From: an uncultured Erysipelotrichaceae bacterium
Lineage (GTDB): Bacteria > Bacillota_I > Bacilli_A > RF39 > UBA660
DNA: 32,000 nt
Direction of reading: 5' to 3'
NCBI GenBank assembly: GCA_902789425.1
Contig: CADANX010000012.1
Span: 1-32,000 of the forward strand
The notes below the pieces were generated by a model that made no database searches, had not been told where the DNA came from, and was given only the letters and a program-made list of their open reading frames with translations. How positions within the stretch are numbered: the stretch's first letter is position 1; the number at the start of each line of letters is the position of its first letter. Position numbers and translations under genes: made by a program. Below are positions 14,908 through 23,262 of this stretch, piece by piece.

Positions 14908-17900
14908 ATGAAAGCTAAGTTAAATAAATTTAAAGACATCTTTATTAGTAACAATAAGAACACAATAATATCTATAATTGTTTTATTGTGTGTTTTTGCG
15001 TCTTTAACTTATTTTAGATATGCTGCTATTGCTAAAAATTATATTGCTGCTGAAGTTACTTTTAATAATCAAAATACTGGTTTAACATCAAATAATGTAC
15101 AAGATGCATTAGAAGAAATATATGCAAGATCAAATGGTGCAACAACATTTAATAAAAATTATGTTTTAATTCAATTTGAAACAGATGGTGGAACTGAAAT
15201 TCAATCACAATATGTTGCAAAAAATTCAGCAATTACAAAACCAACTAATCCAACAAAGGCAGGTAAAGGTTTTAAAGGGTGGAAAGATCAAAATAATAAT
15301 ACCTTTACAAATTTTGCAGGTGGAACTTCAACAAATTTAGTTTTAACAGCTGAATGGGGAAATTTATATACAGTAAACTTTTATAAAGTTCTTAGTAATA
15401 ATCAAACTGAGTTATATCAAACTAAAAGTGTAGTCTCAGGTGAAACAATATCTAATTTTCCTGGATCACCTGGAATAGTATCAGGGCAAAAATTTGTTGG
15501 TTGGGGTACAACAACTGCTTGTAGTACATTTTTTAATAGTACAGATACTGTAACTAAAAGTATGGATTTATATGCATGTTATACTGCTGAAACAATAACT
15601 ATTACATATGATGGTAATGGTGGAGGATGGACTCAAGGAGAAGATTTTTTAGCAGCCAAAGAAAGAACAGTTGCAAAAGGTGTAAAATTATCTCAATCAG
15701 GTAATATTCCTGAAAATCCATCAAAAGCTAATAGTGTATTTAAGTATTGGACTGAAACAGAAACTAATCAAAGTTCTCAAACTGATGCTTTACAAAATAG
15801 TTATAATGCTAATATAACTTTATATGCATATTATAAAAATTTATATACAGTAACTTTTGATTCAAATAGTGGTAGTTATGTAAGTTCAATATCCGTCGAA
15901 GATGGTAACAAATTTACAAAACCAACTAATCCTACAAGAAGTGGTTATAAATTTAAAGGATGGTATTCTAATTCAACTTTAACTACAGAGTATACTTTTG
16001 ATAATAATGGTAATTCATCATCTACTGTTACTTCTAATCTTAAATTATATGCAAAATGGACTAAAGTACATACAGTAACATTTGTAACAAATGGTGGTTC
16101 AACTGTTGAAAGTCAACTAGTCGAAGATGGAAATAAAGTAACTGAACCAACAACTACAAGAAAATATTATAATTTTGAAGGTTGGTATAGTAATATATAT
16201 ACTTCAGGAAATACTTATAATTTTAATAATTCTGTAACATCTGATTTAACTTTATATGCAAAGTGGTCTTATGATCAAAATTGTTTATTAAAGATAGTTT
16301 ATAAATTTGATGAATCAGGAATAGATAATCCAGATGGACTTAATTTTATTAAAGATAATCTTCAATTAGATATGACAAATGAAAATATGAAAAATTTATT
16401 TGCAACTCCATCTAAAACAAAAAATGATCATAATTATAATTTTGAAGGTTGGGCTTTATCTAGTGATGAGGATGAATTTGTAGGGAATATATATACAGCG
16501 GATCATCCTTATGATATAACAAGCTTATACAAGAATAATTCTTTAACCAAAAAAACATTATATCTATATGCTATATATAAAAGTGAACCAAGAACAGCAA
16601 GCTTTTATGGACAAGGTGCAACATCTGATAATCAAGAAAATATTACTAAATCTTGTTTTTCATATAATACAAGTCCTACATGTTTAGTGAGTATTCCTAG
16701 TTATTCATATAATTCATATAGTTTTGATGGATGGTCTTCTAGTGCTAATTCATTTGAAACTGTTGAATCAATGAAAAATAAAACGAGTATGTCAATAGGT
16801 TCTAATGTAAGTTATTATGCTGTATTTTCAACATCTATAGGAAAAACGTTCCATGCTAATAATAATTCTTTTGAAGGTGTTACTGCTGATACATCTACCG
16901 TTTCATGTACAATTTATAATATTCAATCATCTTGTGAAATAACAACACCAACAATTCAAGGTAATCAATATACACCTACTGTAATTGGTTATACTACAAA
17001 CCCTAAATTTACTTATGAAGAAGGTGCTGAAATACTAGGTTCAGGAATTAAAATAACTATTTCAACTAATGGCGGAGATTATTATGCGCAAACTAGTAAT
17101 GTTAGTCCTGAAACTAATACTTGGACAGCTACTTATAAAACAACTGATGGTATTGATAAAATAGGTGCTAATTCAGATTCTTGTATTATTCCTTATGTTT
17201 ATAATGGTGAATTAACTACTAATACATGTAGTATTACATTACCAAGTATTGAGTTACTAGAGGGTTATAGAAATCCAGTATGGAATGATGGAAGTAATAA
17301 TTATGCAGCTGAAAAGAAATATATATTAAGAAAAAATACTGATATTACTGCTACTTGTGCATTAAAGAGTTATAATATTTCATTTGTAACTAATGGTGGT
17401 AGTGCAGTTGAAGAAATGAAAGTTGATTTTAAAAAGAAAATTAAAGAACCTACTAAACCTGAAAGACTTGGCTATTACTTCTTAGGTTGGTTTAAAGATG
17501 AATCACTTGAAACACCTTGGGATTTTGAAAAAGATGTAGTTATGGGACATACAACATTGTATGCAAAATGGGAATTAATTTTCTATGTAATTACATTTGA
17601 TACAAATGGTGGTTCTACCGTGGATAAACAAGCACTTAATTATGGACAAAAAGTTGTTAAACCAGAAGATCCAGTTAAGATAGGATATAATTTTAAAGGC
17701 TGGTACACAGATCCAGATTTTACTAAGAAATATGATTTTAATACTGAAGTTAAATCTAATGTTAATTTATATGCAAAATGGTCTAAAGATGATGGATCAA
17801 CATTAGAAATTAAATCTAAAAATAAATCTGGTGGTTCTATAGTAGTATCAAAAAATGATGATGTTACAAGTAAGATTGCTATTTATGAAGATAATGAAGT

Positions 17901-18699
17901 AACTGGTGCAGAACTAGATAGTATTAAAAATAATTATTTTCAAATAGCAGAAGGAATATATGTAATTGATACTAAAGTAAAAGATAAAGATGGAAATGAA
18001 CTTAATGTTTCAAGTAGATACTTAACTTATAAGATTCCTGTTCCAAAAGGAATGAGTAAATATGATAACATAATGCTTTATCAAATGATTGATACAAGTG
18101 TAACTGAATTATTCTATACAATAGAAAAGAATAATATAGTATTTACTGCTCAAGGTACTGGAAGATATGTAGTTGTTAAATATGCTAAGAATGAAATATT
18201 AGATAGTAAGAATAACGAAAATGCAATAAATGTTAATAGTAGGCTTGCTGAAATAATAAAAGATTTTTATGTTTCAGAAGTTGTAGGTACAGAAAAAAGT
18301 ACAATAGTTAGAAAATTATTTGATTCAGCAGACAATGTATTTATATTTGATACAATAATACTTGATTCAAATGGTGATGAAGTAGAAACAGGAAATGAAA
18401 AAATTACATTTATTGTTAAATTACCAGATGATTTTGATGAAGATAATTTAAAACTATATCAAATTGTTGATGGAGAAAAAATTGAAGTTGATTTTGATGT
18501 TGTCAATGGTAAATTAATGTTTATTTCTAACAGTGCCGGAAGATTTGCATTAGCAGTAAATGAAGATTCAGAAGATGAAGAAACAGAAACATCTGGTAGT
18601 AAGGCACCACTATTTATTGGTCTTGGTGTTGTATTATTAGCAGCAGGTGCTACTGGTGGATTTATGTACTTTAAAAAGAAAAAAAATAATACTATGTAA
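14908..18699 (+). CDS. Large surface protein with multiple Listeria-Bacteroides (Flg_new/InlB B-repeat) repeats and N- and C-terminal hydrophobic anchors
   Basis: Repeated ~70-aa units of the form Y.V.F..NGGS.V......G.K...P..P.+.GY.F.GWY........F......L.LYAKW. C-terminus PLFIGLGVVLLAAGATGGFMYFKKKK. Confidence 0.8.
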   Translation: MKAKLNKFKDIFISNNKNTIISIIVLLCVFASLTYFRYAAIAKNYIAAEVTFNNQNTGLTSNNVQDALEEIYARSNGATTFNKNYVLIQFETDGGTEIQSQYVAKNSAITKPTNPTKAGKGFKGWKDQNNNTFTNFAGGTSTNLVLTAEWGNLYTVNFYKVLSNNQTELYQTKSVVSGETISNFPGSPGIVSGQKFVGWGTTTACSTFFNSTDTVTKSMDLYACYTAETITITYDGNGGGWTQGEDFLAAKERTVAKGVKLSQSGNIPENPSKANSVFKYWTETETNQSSQTDALQNSYNANITLYAYYKNLYTVTFDSNSGSYVSSISVEDGNKFTKPTNPTRSGYKFKGWYSNSTLTTEYTFDNNGNSSSTVTSNLKLYAKWTKVHTVTFVTNGGSTVESQLVEDGNKVTEPTTTRKYYNFEGWYSNIYTSGNTYNFNNSVTSDLTLYAKWSYDQNCLLKIVYKFDESGIDNPDGLNFIKDNLQLDMTNENMKNLFATPSKTKNDHNYNFEGWALSSDEDEFVGNIYTADHPYDITSLYKNNSLTKKTLYLYAIYKSEPRTASFYGQGATSDNQENITKSCFSYNTSPTCLVSIPSYSYNSYSFDGWSSSANSFETVESMKNKTSMSIGSNVSYYAVFSTSIGKTFHANNNSFEGVTADTSTVSCTIYNIQSSCEITTPTIQGNQYTPTVIGYTTNPKFTYEEGAEILGSGIKITISTNGGDYYAQTSNVSPETNTWTATYKTTDGIDKIGANSDSCIIPYVYNGELTTNTCSITLPSIELLEGYRNPVWNDGSNNYAAEKKYILRKNTDITATCALKSYNISFVTNGGSAVEEMKVDFKKKIKEPTKPERLGYYFLGWFKDESLETPWDFEKDVVMGHTTLYAKWELIFYVITFDTNGGSTVDKQALNYGQKVVKPEDPVKIGYNFKGWYTDPDFTKKYDFNTEVKSNVNLYAKWSKDDGSTLEIKSKNKSGGSIVVSKNDDVTSKIAIYEDNEVTGAELDSIKNNYFQIAEGIYVIDTKVKDKDGNELNVSSRYLTYKIPVPKGMSKYDNIMLYQMIDTSVTELFYTIEKNNIVFTAQGTGRYVVVKYAKNEILDSKNNENAINVNSRLAEIIKDFYVSEVVGTEKSTIVRKLFDSADNVFIFDTIILDSNGDEVETGNEKITFIVKLPDDFDEDNLKLYQIVDGEKIEVDFDVVNGKLMFISNSAGRFALAVNEDSEDEETETSGSKAPLFIGLGVVLLAAGATGGFMYFKKKKNNTM

Positions 18700-18701
18700 T
18701 A

Positions 18702-18730
18702 TTGACATATATTATAATGATAAGTAAAAT
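18702..18730 (+). promoter_or_regulatory. Promoter TTGACA - 17 nt - TAAAAT for the T-box leader
   Basis: -35 at 18702-18707 and -10 at 18725-18730. Confidence 0.55.
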
Positions 18731-18736
18731 ATATAA

Positions 18737-18935
18737 GAGAAAAAGCAGTGATGAAAGAAAAGTAATAATATAGTTATTTTATAGAGATCTTATGGCTGGT
18801 GGAAATAAGAAATAACTTTTTATGAATCTACTTTCTAGTGTAGTTAATAACTACCGGTTAAAGACCGTTATCTAACTAAGTTAAACAAAGGATGGTACCG
18901 CCGTTATGGCTCCTTATTAGGCACCATTCTTTTTT
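18737..18935 (+). promoter_or_regulatory. T-box riboswitch leader, probable Ser (UCU) specifier
   Basis: GA/K-turn-like agtgatga...agaaaagta, an AGAGA element, gaa-TCT-a (18827-18829) in a specifier-loop context, the T-box sequence aaaggatggtaccgcc (18887-18903), then a weak hairpin and a T-run (18930-18935). serS lies downstream. Confidence 0.7.
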
Positions 18936-18952
18936 ATTTTATGGAGGTAATT

Positions 18953-19234
18953 ATGAGAGAGTTTAAAAAAGGAGATATTGTTAAACATTTTAAAAGAGAA
19001 ACAATTTCTAATGAAGAATTAGAAAAGAATCCTAATATATATTTATATGAAATAATTGGAACGTCGAGACATACAGAAACAGGTGAAGAAATAATGATTT
19101 ATAAACCATTATATGAAACAGAGTGTATTAAAGATGTAGATTATGCTGCAAGACCACTTGATATGTTTATATCGGAAGTTGATCATGAAAAATATCCAAA
19201 TATTAAACAAAAATATAGATTTGAAAAAAATTAG
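18953..19234 (+). CDS. DUF1653-family small protein
   Basis: [11 protein letters not shown]...[24 protein letters not shown]...ARPLDMF fits the DUF1653 pattern. Start moved to the ATG at 18953 behind GGAGG. Confidence 0.7.
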   Translation: MREFKKGDIVKHFKRETISNEELEKNPNIYLYEIIGTSRHTETGEEIMIYKPLYETECIKDVDYAARPLDMFISEVDHEKYPNIKQKYRFEKN

Positions 19235-19242
19235 GAGATATT

Positions 19243-19404
19243 ATGACATATAGAAATGAAGTTAATGATTATTCAAATGAACAATATAAAAAAGTTTTAA
19301 AACAAATAAACTTGGATAAATTATATGATAATTTATTAAGAGAATATAAAAAGAAAAATGAACCTAAAAAGTTAAAAATAGAATTTGTAAGGAAGGAAAA
19401 ATAA
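19243..19404 (+). CDS. Possible small ORF (53 aa), not in the supplied track
   Basis: ATG at 19243 behind RBS aggag (19233-19237), stop TAA at 19402-19404. Lys-rich sequence MTYRNEVNDYSNEQYKKVLKQ... No homology recognised. Confidence 0.35.
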   Translation: MTYRNEVNDYSNEQYKKVLKQINLDKLYDNLLREYKKKNEPKKLKIEFVRKEK

Positions 19405-19406
19405 TT

Positions 19407-20601
19407 ATGATAGATATTAATGTAATAAGAGAAAATAGAGATTTAGTTAAAGAAAATATTAAAAAGAAATTTCAAGATAAAAAATTAGTTTTAGTTGATG
19501 AAGTATATGAAATGGATATAAAACTAAGAAAAATTAAAGTAGAAGTTGAAGAACTTAGATCAAAAGTAAATTCATTAAGTAAAGAAATTGGTTCTTTAAT
19601 GAGAGATGGTAAAAAAGAAGATGCTGAAAAAATAAAAGAAGAAGTTAATAAATATAAAGAAAAGATTCCAATGCTTTCAGAAGAAGAGTCTGCTTTAGAA
19701 GATGAAATAAGATCAAGAATGCTATTAATTCCTAATTTTATAGCACCTGATTGTCCTATTGGTGAAGATGATTCAAAAAATGTTGAGATAGAAAAAATTG
19801 GAGAACCAGTTATTCCAAAATATGAAATTCCATATCATGCTGATATAATGGCAAGTTTTAATGGTATAGATAAAGAAGCTGCTGGTAAAGTTGCAGGTAA
19901 TGGGTTTTATTATTTAATGGGTGATATTGCAAGACTTCATAGTGCTGTTTTATCATATGCTAGAGATTTTATGATAGATAAAGGGTTCACTTATTGTATT
20001 CCTCCATATATGATAAGAAGTGATGCTGTAGATGGAGTTATGTCTTTTGAAGAAAAAGAAGCTATGATGTATAAAATTGAAAATGAAGATTTATACTTAA
20101 TAGGAACATCAGAACATTCTATGATTGCTAAATTTAAAAATCAAATACTTGATAAAAATGAATTACCTATAACTATGACTTCATATTCACCATGTTTTAG
20201 AAAAGAAGTAGGTGCTCAAAATGCTTAACTATACTGTAGAATTATTTAGAAGTCTAGATATTCCAGTAAGAAAACTTGTATGTTGTTCAGGTGACCTTGC
20301 TGATTTAAAATATAGATCATGTGATGTCGAAGCATTTTCACCAAGACAAAATGACTATTTTGAGGTAGGTTCTTGTTCTAATCTAACTGATGCACAAGCA
20401 AGAAGACTTGCTATAAGATATAAAGATGAAAATGGTAATAAAGTACTTGCACATACTTTAAATAATACAGTTATAACACCACCAAGAATGCTTATTGCTT
20501 TTCTTGAAAATAACTATAATGAAGATGGATCAATTAATATTCCAGTTGCTTTAAGACCATATATGGGTGGTAAAGAAAAACTTATACCAAATAATAAATA
20601 G
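19407..20601 (+). pseudogene. serS: Seryl-tRNA synthetase, disrupted (two frames: 19407..20228 and 20212..20601; class II motif 2 missing)
   Basis: The first ORF ends ...SYSPCFRKEVGAQNA*, just at the start of motif 2. The second ORF, in the +1 frame, resumes at ...MLNYTVELFRSLDIPVRKL.CCSGDL... and carries motif 3 (LNNTVITPPRMLIAFLEN). The RvHQFxKvE segment is absent. Confidence 0.65.
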
Positions 20602-20626
20602 TGTTTAAAAAACACTGTTTTTTTTT
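20600..20626 (+). terminator. Intrinsic terminator after serS
   Basis: agtgttt / aaacact 7-bp stem followed by a 9-T run. Confidence 0.7.
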
Positions 20627-20686
20627 CAAAAATTTGCAAAATTTACAAATTGTGCTAAAATATAACCAAAGAAAGGTAGTTAAATT

Positions 20687-22084
20687 ATGAACGAGATTAT
20701 TTCAAAGATAATTAATAATCTAAAAGAAGGCGAAATTTTAGAGGATATAAATGTAAATAAGTGTGATGCAAAAGTAATAAATTATCCAAAAAATAAAAAA
20801 ACAAAACCTGTATTATTAAAGAAAGGATTAGTAGCTGGAGTACTAGGCTTATCAATAGCACTAGGAGCACCAGCAGTTTTACCTGTTGAACCAACAAAAG
20901 TAGAAGCTGCAAAAGATAAGAAAAAACCTAAATTAACAATGAAAGGTAAATCTAGATTATATGAAAATGCTGGTAATACTATTAAATTAGGTAAAGTAAC
21001 AGCAAAGGATAATGTAGATGGTAATATTACTAAAAAGATATCTGTAACTGTTAAAAAGAATAAAAAAAGTTTTAAATCAATTGCAAAAAAGATTAAAAGT
21101 AATAAATCTTTTAAAATTACAGAAGAAGGAACATATGTTATAACTTATACTGTAAAGGATAAAGCAGGAAATAAAACAACAAAAACAAGATATTTAACAA
21201 TTATGAATTTAAATAATAAACAAGAGAAAACAACAGAAGCTCCAACAACACAAAAACAAAGTACAACTCAAGCAACTAAAACTTCTGTAACTACAGAAAA
21301 AACAACACAAGCACCATCAACAACACAAGAAAAAACAACAGAAGAAAAAACAACAGAAGAAAAAACAACAGAAGAAAAAACTACTGAAAATAAAACTAGT
21401 GAAACAACTACTGAAAATAAAACTACAGAATATAACACAACTGAAAATAAAACTTCTGAAAAAACAACAGAAGAAAAAACTACACAACAAACTACTACTG
21501 AAACTCTTACAACAGAGGATATTCATGAAGATCCAAATATTATTCCAACTGATTTTTCTAAATATAATATTAAAACAACAACAATTAATGGTAAAACATA
21601 TAAAGTAACTAGTGATGAAGATTTCTATAATGAAGTTATTTTAGAAAAAGGTTTATATGATACAAATATGACAATTGATGTAGAAAATGATTATAATTCA
21701 TTTATGATGGAATTAAATAATCCATGTTTAGATAACAATAATTACATAAAATATTTAGGAAATATAAAAGTAACTGATAGAAATGGAAAAGATATAACTG
21801 ACAGAATTATAATTTGTGATTATAAGTTACGTTCTAAAGAATGGAAAGTTGGTAAAACTTATTCTGTTAAATTTTACATTGAAGATGAAAAAGGCTATTA
21901 TAATGTTAAAACGTTTAATATTGATTTTACTGATGAATCTACAAAAGAATATTATGAAAGAAATCATTTAAACTATCAATGTGTTGATGAGATAAATAAT
22001 GTGTTTGGTCACGTAAGAGGTACAAATATTAATCTTTCAAAATCTGAGGATAGAGATAAAGTTAAAAAGCTAGTTTTAGCATAA
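20687..22084 (+). CDS. Secreted or membrane-anchored protein with an Ig-like (DUF5011-type) domain and a Thr/Glu/Lys repeat linker
   Basis: Hydrophobic segment LVAGVLGLSIALGAPAVL. KPKLTMKG...AKDNVDGNITKKISV...EGTYVITYTVKDKAGNKTTKTRYLTI resembles DUF5011/HYR-like Ig domains. Confidence 0.65.
   Translation: MNEIISKIINNLKEGEILEDINVNKCDAKVINYPKNKKTKPVLLKKGLVAGVLGLSIALGAPAVLPVEPTKVEAAKDKKKPKLTMKGKSRLYENAGNTIKLGKVTAKDNVDGNITKKISVTVKKNKKSFKSIAKKIKSNKSFKITEEGTYVITYTVKDKAGNKTTKTRYLTIMNLNNKQEKTTEAPTTQKQSTTQATKTSVTTEKTTQAPSTTQEKTTEEKTTEEKTTEEKTTENKTSETTTENKTTEYNTTENKTSEKTTEEKTTQQTTTETLTTEDIHEDPNIIPTDFSKYNIKTTTINGKTYKVTSDEDFYNEVILEKGLYDTNMTIDVENDYNSFMMELNNPCLDNNNYIKYLGNIKVTDRNGKDITDRIIICDYKLRSKEWKVGKTYSVKFYIEDEKGYYNVKTFNIDFTDESTKEYYERNHLNYQCVDEINNVFGHVRGTNINLSKSEDRDKVKKLVLA
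21326..21484 (+). repeat. In-frame tandem 15-nt (with two 12-nt) repeats encoding E-x-K-T-T pentapeptides
   Basis: gaagaaaaaacaaca units at 21341, 21356 and 21371, plus diverged copies through 21484. Coding low-complexity sequence, not a CRISPR array. Confidence 0.85.
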
Positions 22085-22112
22085 AGATATAATTTAATTA
22101 TATCTTTTTTTA
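22084..22112 (+). terminator. Intrinsic terminator
   Basis: aagatataat / attatatctt stem followed by a 7-T run. Confidence 0.65.
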
Positions 22113-22121
22113 TGTTATAAT
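22113..22121 (+). promoter_or_regulatory. Extended -10 element TGtTATAAT
   Basis: Part of the recurring tttttttatgttataat module; 18 nt upstream of the ATG at 22139. Confidence 0.45.
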
Positions 22122-22138
22122 TTTTATGGGTGTGTTAA

Positions 22139-22696
22139 ATGATTATAGATGTTAATAAAAAGAATGTTAAAAAAGTAATAAGAAGTACTAAAAAGTACAT
22201 AAATGAAGATAAAATTAAATATAATATAGCATCTGATGTTGATGAAAAATATAAAGTAGAGTTAAAGAATATTGAAAAAGCAATTAATATTAAGAATATT
22301 GAAAAAAGATTTAATTTTATTTATGATACAGTTTGTGATTATTTAGATAGTCAATATTTTGGTAAAAACTTATGTGGATTTGATGAAAATGGTGTATGCG
22401 AATACTATAGAAAAGTAGATCCAACTCATTATAATGGATGTTGTTATAGAGAAGATAGAAAATTATGTGAATACTTTGATGAAGAACATTCTGTATGTAC
22501 TGATAGAGGTATTTCATGTAAATTATATTCTTGTCCAGTTCTTAGAAAAAAGAAAATAGAGTATAAAGTAAATGATTTTCCTTTATTAAAATATTTTTTT
22601 ACTTTTAAACAAAAATTGATAATTAAATATAGTCTTTTAAAACCAAAAGCATATGTTATGTATAAACTTATGGAGACAGTAAATGAAAAAAAATAA
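22139..22696 (+). CDS. Cys-rich protein of unknown function, paralogue 1
   Basis: IEKAINIKNIEKRFNFIYDTVCDYLD...C.F...C......NGCC....C.Y....C....C....C..LRKK. About 9 conserved Cys shared with the next ORF. Confidence 0.6.
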   Translation: MIIDVNKKNVKKVIRSTKKYINEDKIKYNIASDVDEKYKVELKNIEKAINIKNIEKRFNFIYDTVCDYLDSQYFGKNLCGFDENGVCEYYRKVDPTHYNGCCYREDRKLCEYFDEEHSVCTDRGISCKLYSCPVLRKKKIEYKVNDFPLLKYFFTFKQKLIIKYSLLKPKAYVMYKLMETVNEKK

Positions 22697-23258
22697 TATT
22701 TTAGAAGTTGATGTTTATAATGATAAAATACTTAAAAAAGTTAAAAAGTTAATTAAGTATTGTGATAAAAATAATATAAATATAAAGTTTAATATTATTA
22801 ATAATGATGATGAATTATTTGTAAGAGATATTAAAACTATTGAAAAGGCTATTAATATAAAAGATAAAAAAGAAAGATATACATATATTTATGATATAAT
22901 TTGTTCTTATTTAGATGAAAGATTAAAAGAAGGTTACTGTGAATTTATTGATGACATATGTATTCGTGATAGATTAAAAAATAATAATCATAAAAATGGG
23001 TGCTGTGAGTGCATTGGAAGAGGAAAATGCAAATATTTAATTGATAGTACATGTACAATGAAATCATGTATGGCTTGTAAGATATTTACTTGTAAAACTC
23101 TTAGAAAAAAAGGTATTAAGCATAGTATAAATGATTATGCATTATCAGTATTTTTTGATAGAAAAGAAAAATATATTTTAGAAAATAGTTTTTGGACTCC
23201 GAAAGATATTGTTATAGAAAGATTACTAAAAAAAGAATATATAAGTTCTTGGAGGTGA
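22683..23258 (+). CDS. Cys-rich protein of unknown function, paralogue 2
   Basis: IEKAINIKDKKERYTYIYDIICSYLD...YCEF..DICI...NGCCEC...KCKY...C...C..C....CKTLRKK. Overlaps the end of paralogue 1. Confidence 0.6.
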   Translation: MKKNNILEVDVYNDKILKKVKKLIKYCDKNNINIKFNIINNDDELFVRDIKTIEKAINIKDKKERYTYIYDIICSYLDERLKEGYCEFIDDICIRDRLKNNNHKNGCCECIGRGKCKYLIDSTCTMKSCMACKIFTCKTLRKKGIKHSINDYALSVFFDRKEKYILENSFWTPKDIVIERLLKKEYISSWR

Positions 23259-23262
23259 TAAT

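Noticed and set aside
20212-20601. Second serS ORF as an independent gene starting at GTG 20212
   Set aside because: It has no RBS and begins right after an in-frame stop. It encodes only the C-terminal part of SerRS, so I treat it as part of a disrupted serS.
21326-21484. Possible CRISPR-like or non-coding repeat array
   Set aside because: The units are 12-15 nt, contiguous without spacers, and in frame within a long ORF (E-x-K-T-T). This is a coding low-complexity linker.
14908-22084. A second, remote VR for the DGR inside the other surface-protein genes
   Set aside because: I looked by eye for the GC-rich TR words (gcatcgaattcc, ggggttcgccca) and for GC-rich islands in these genes and saw none. 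This was not an exhaustive search, so a remote VR elsewhere in the genome remains possible.
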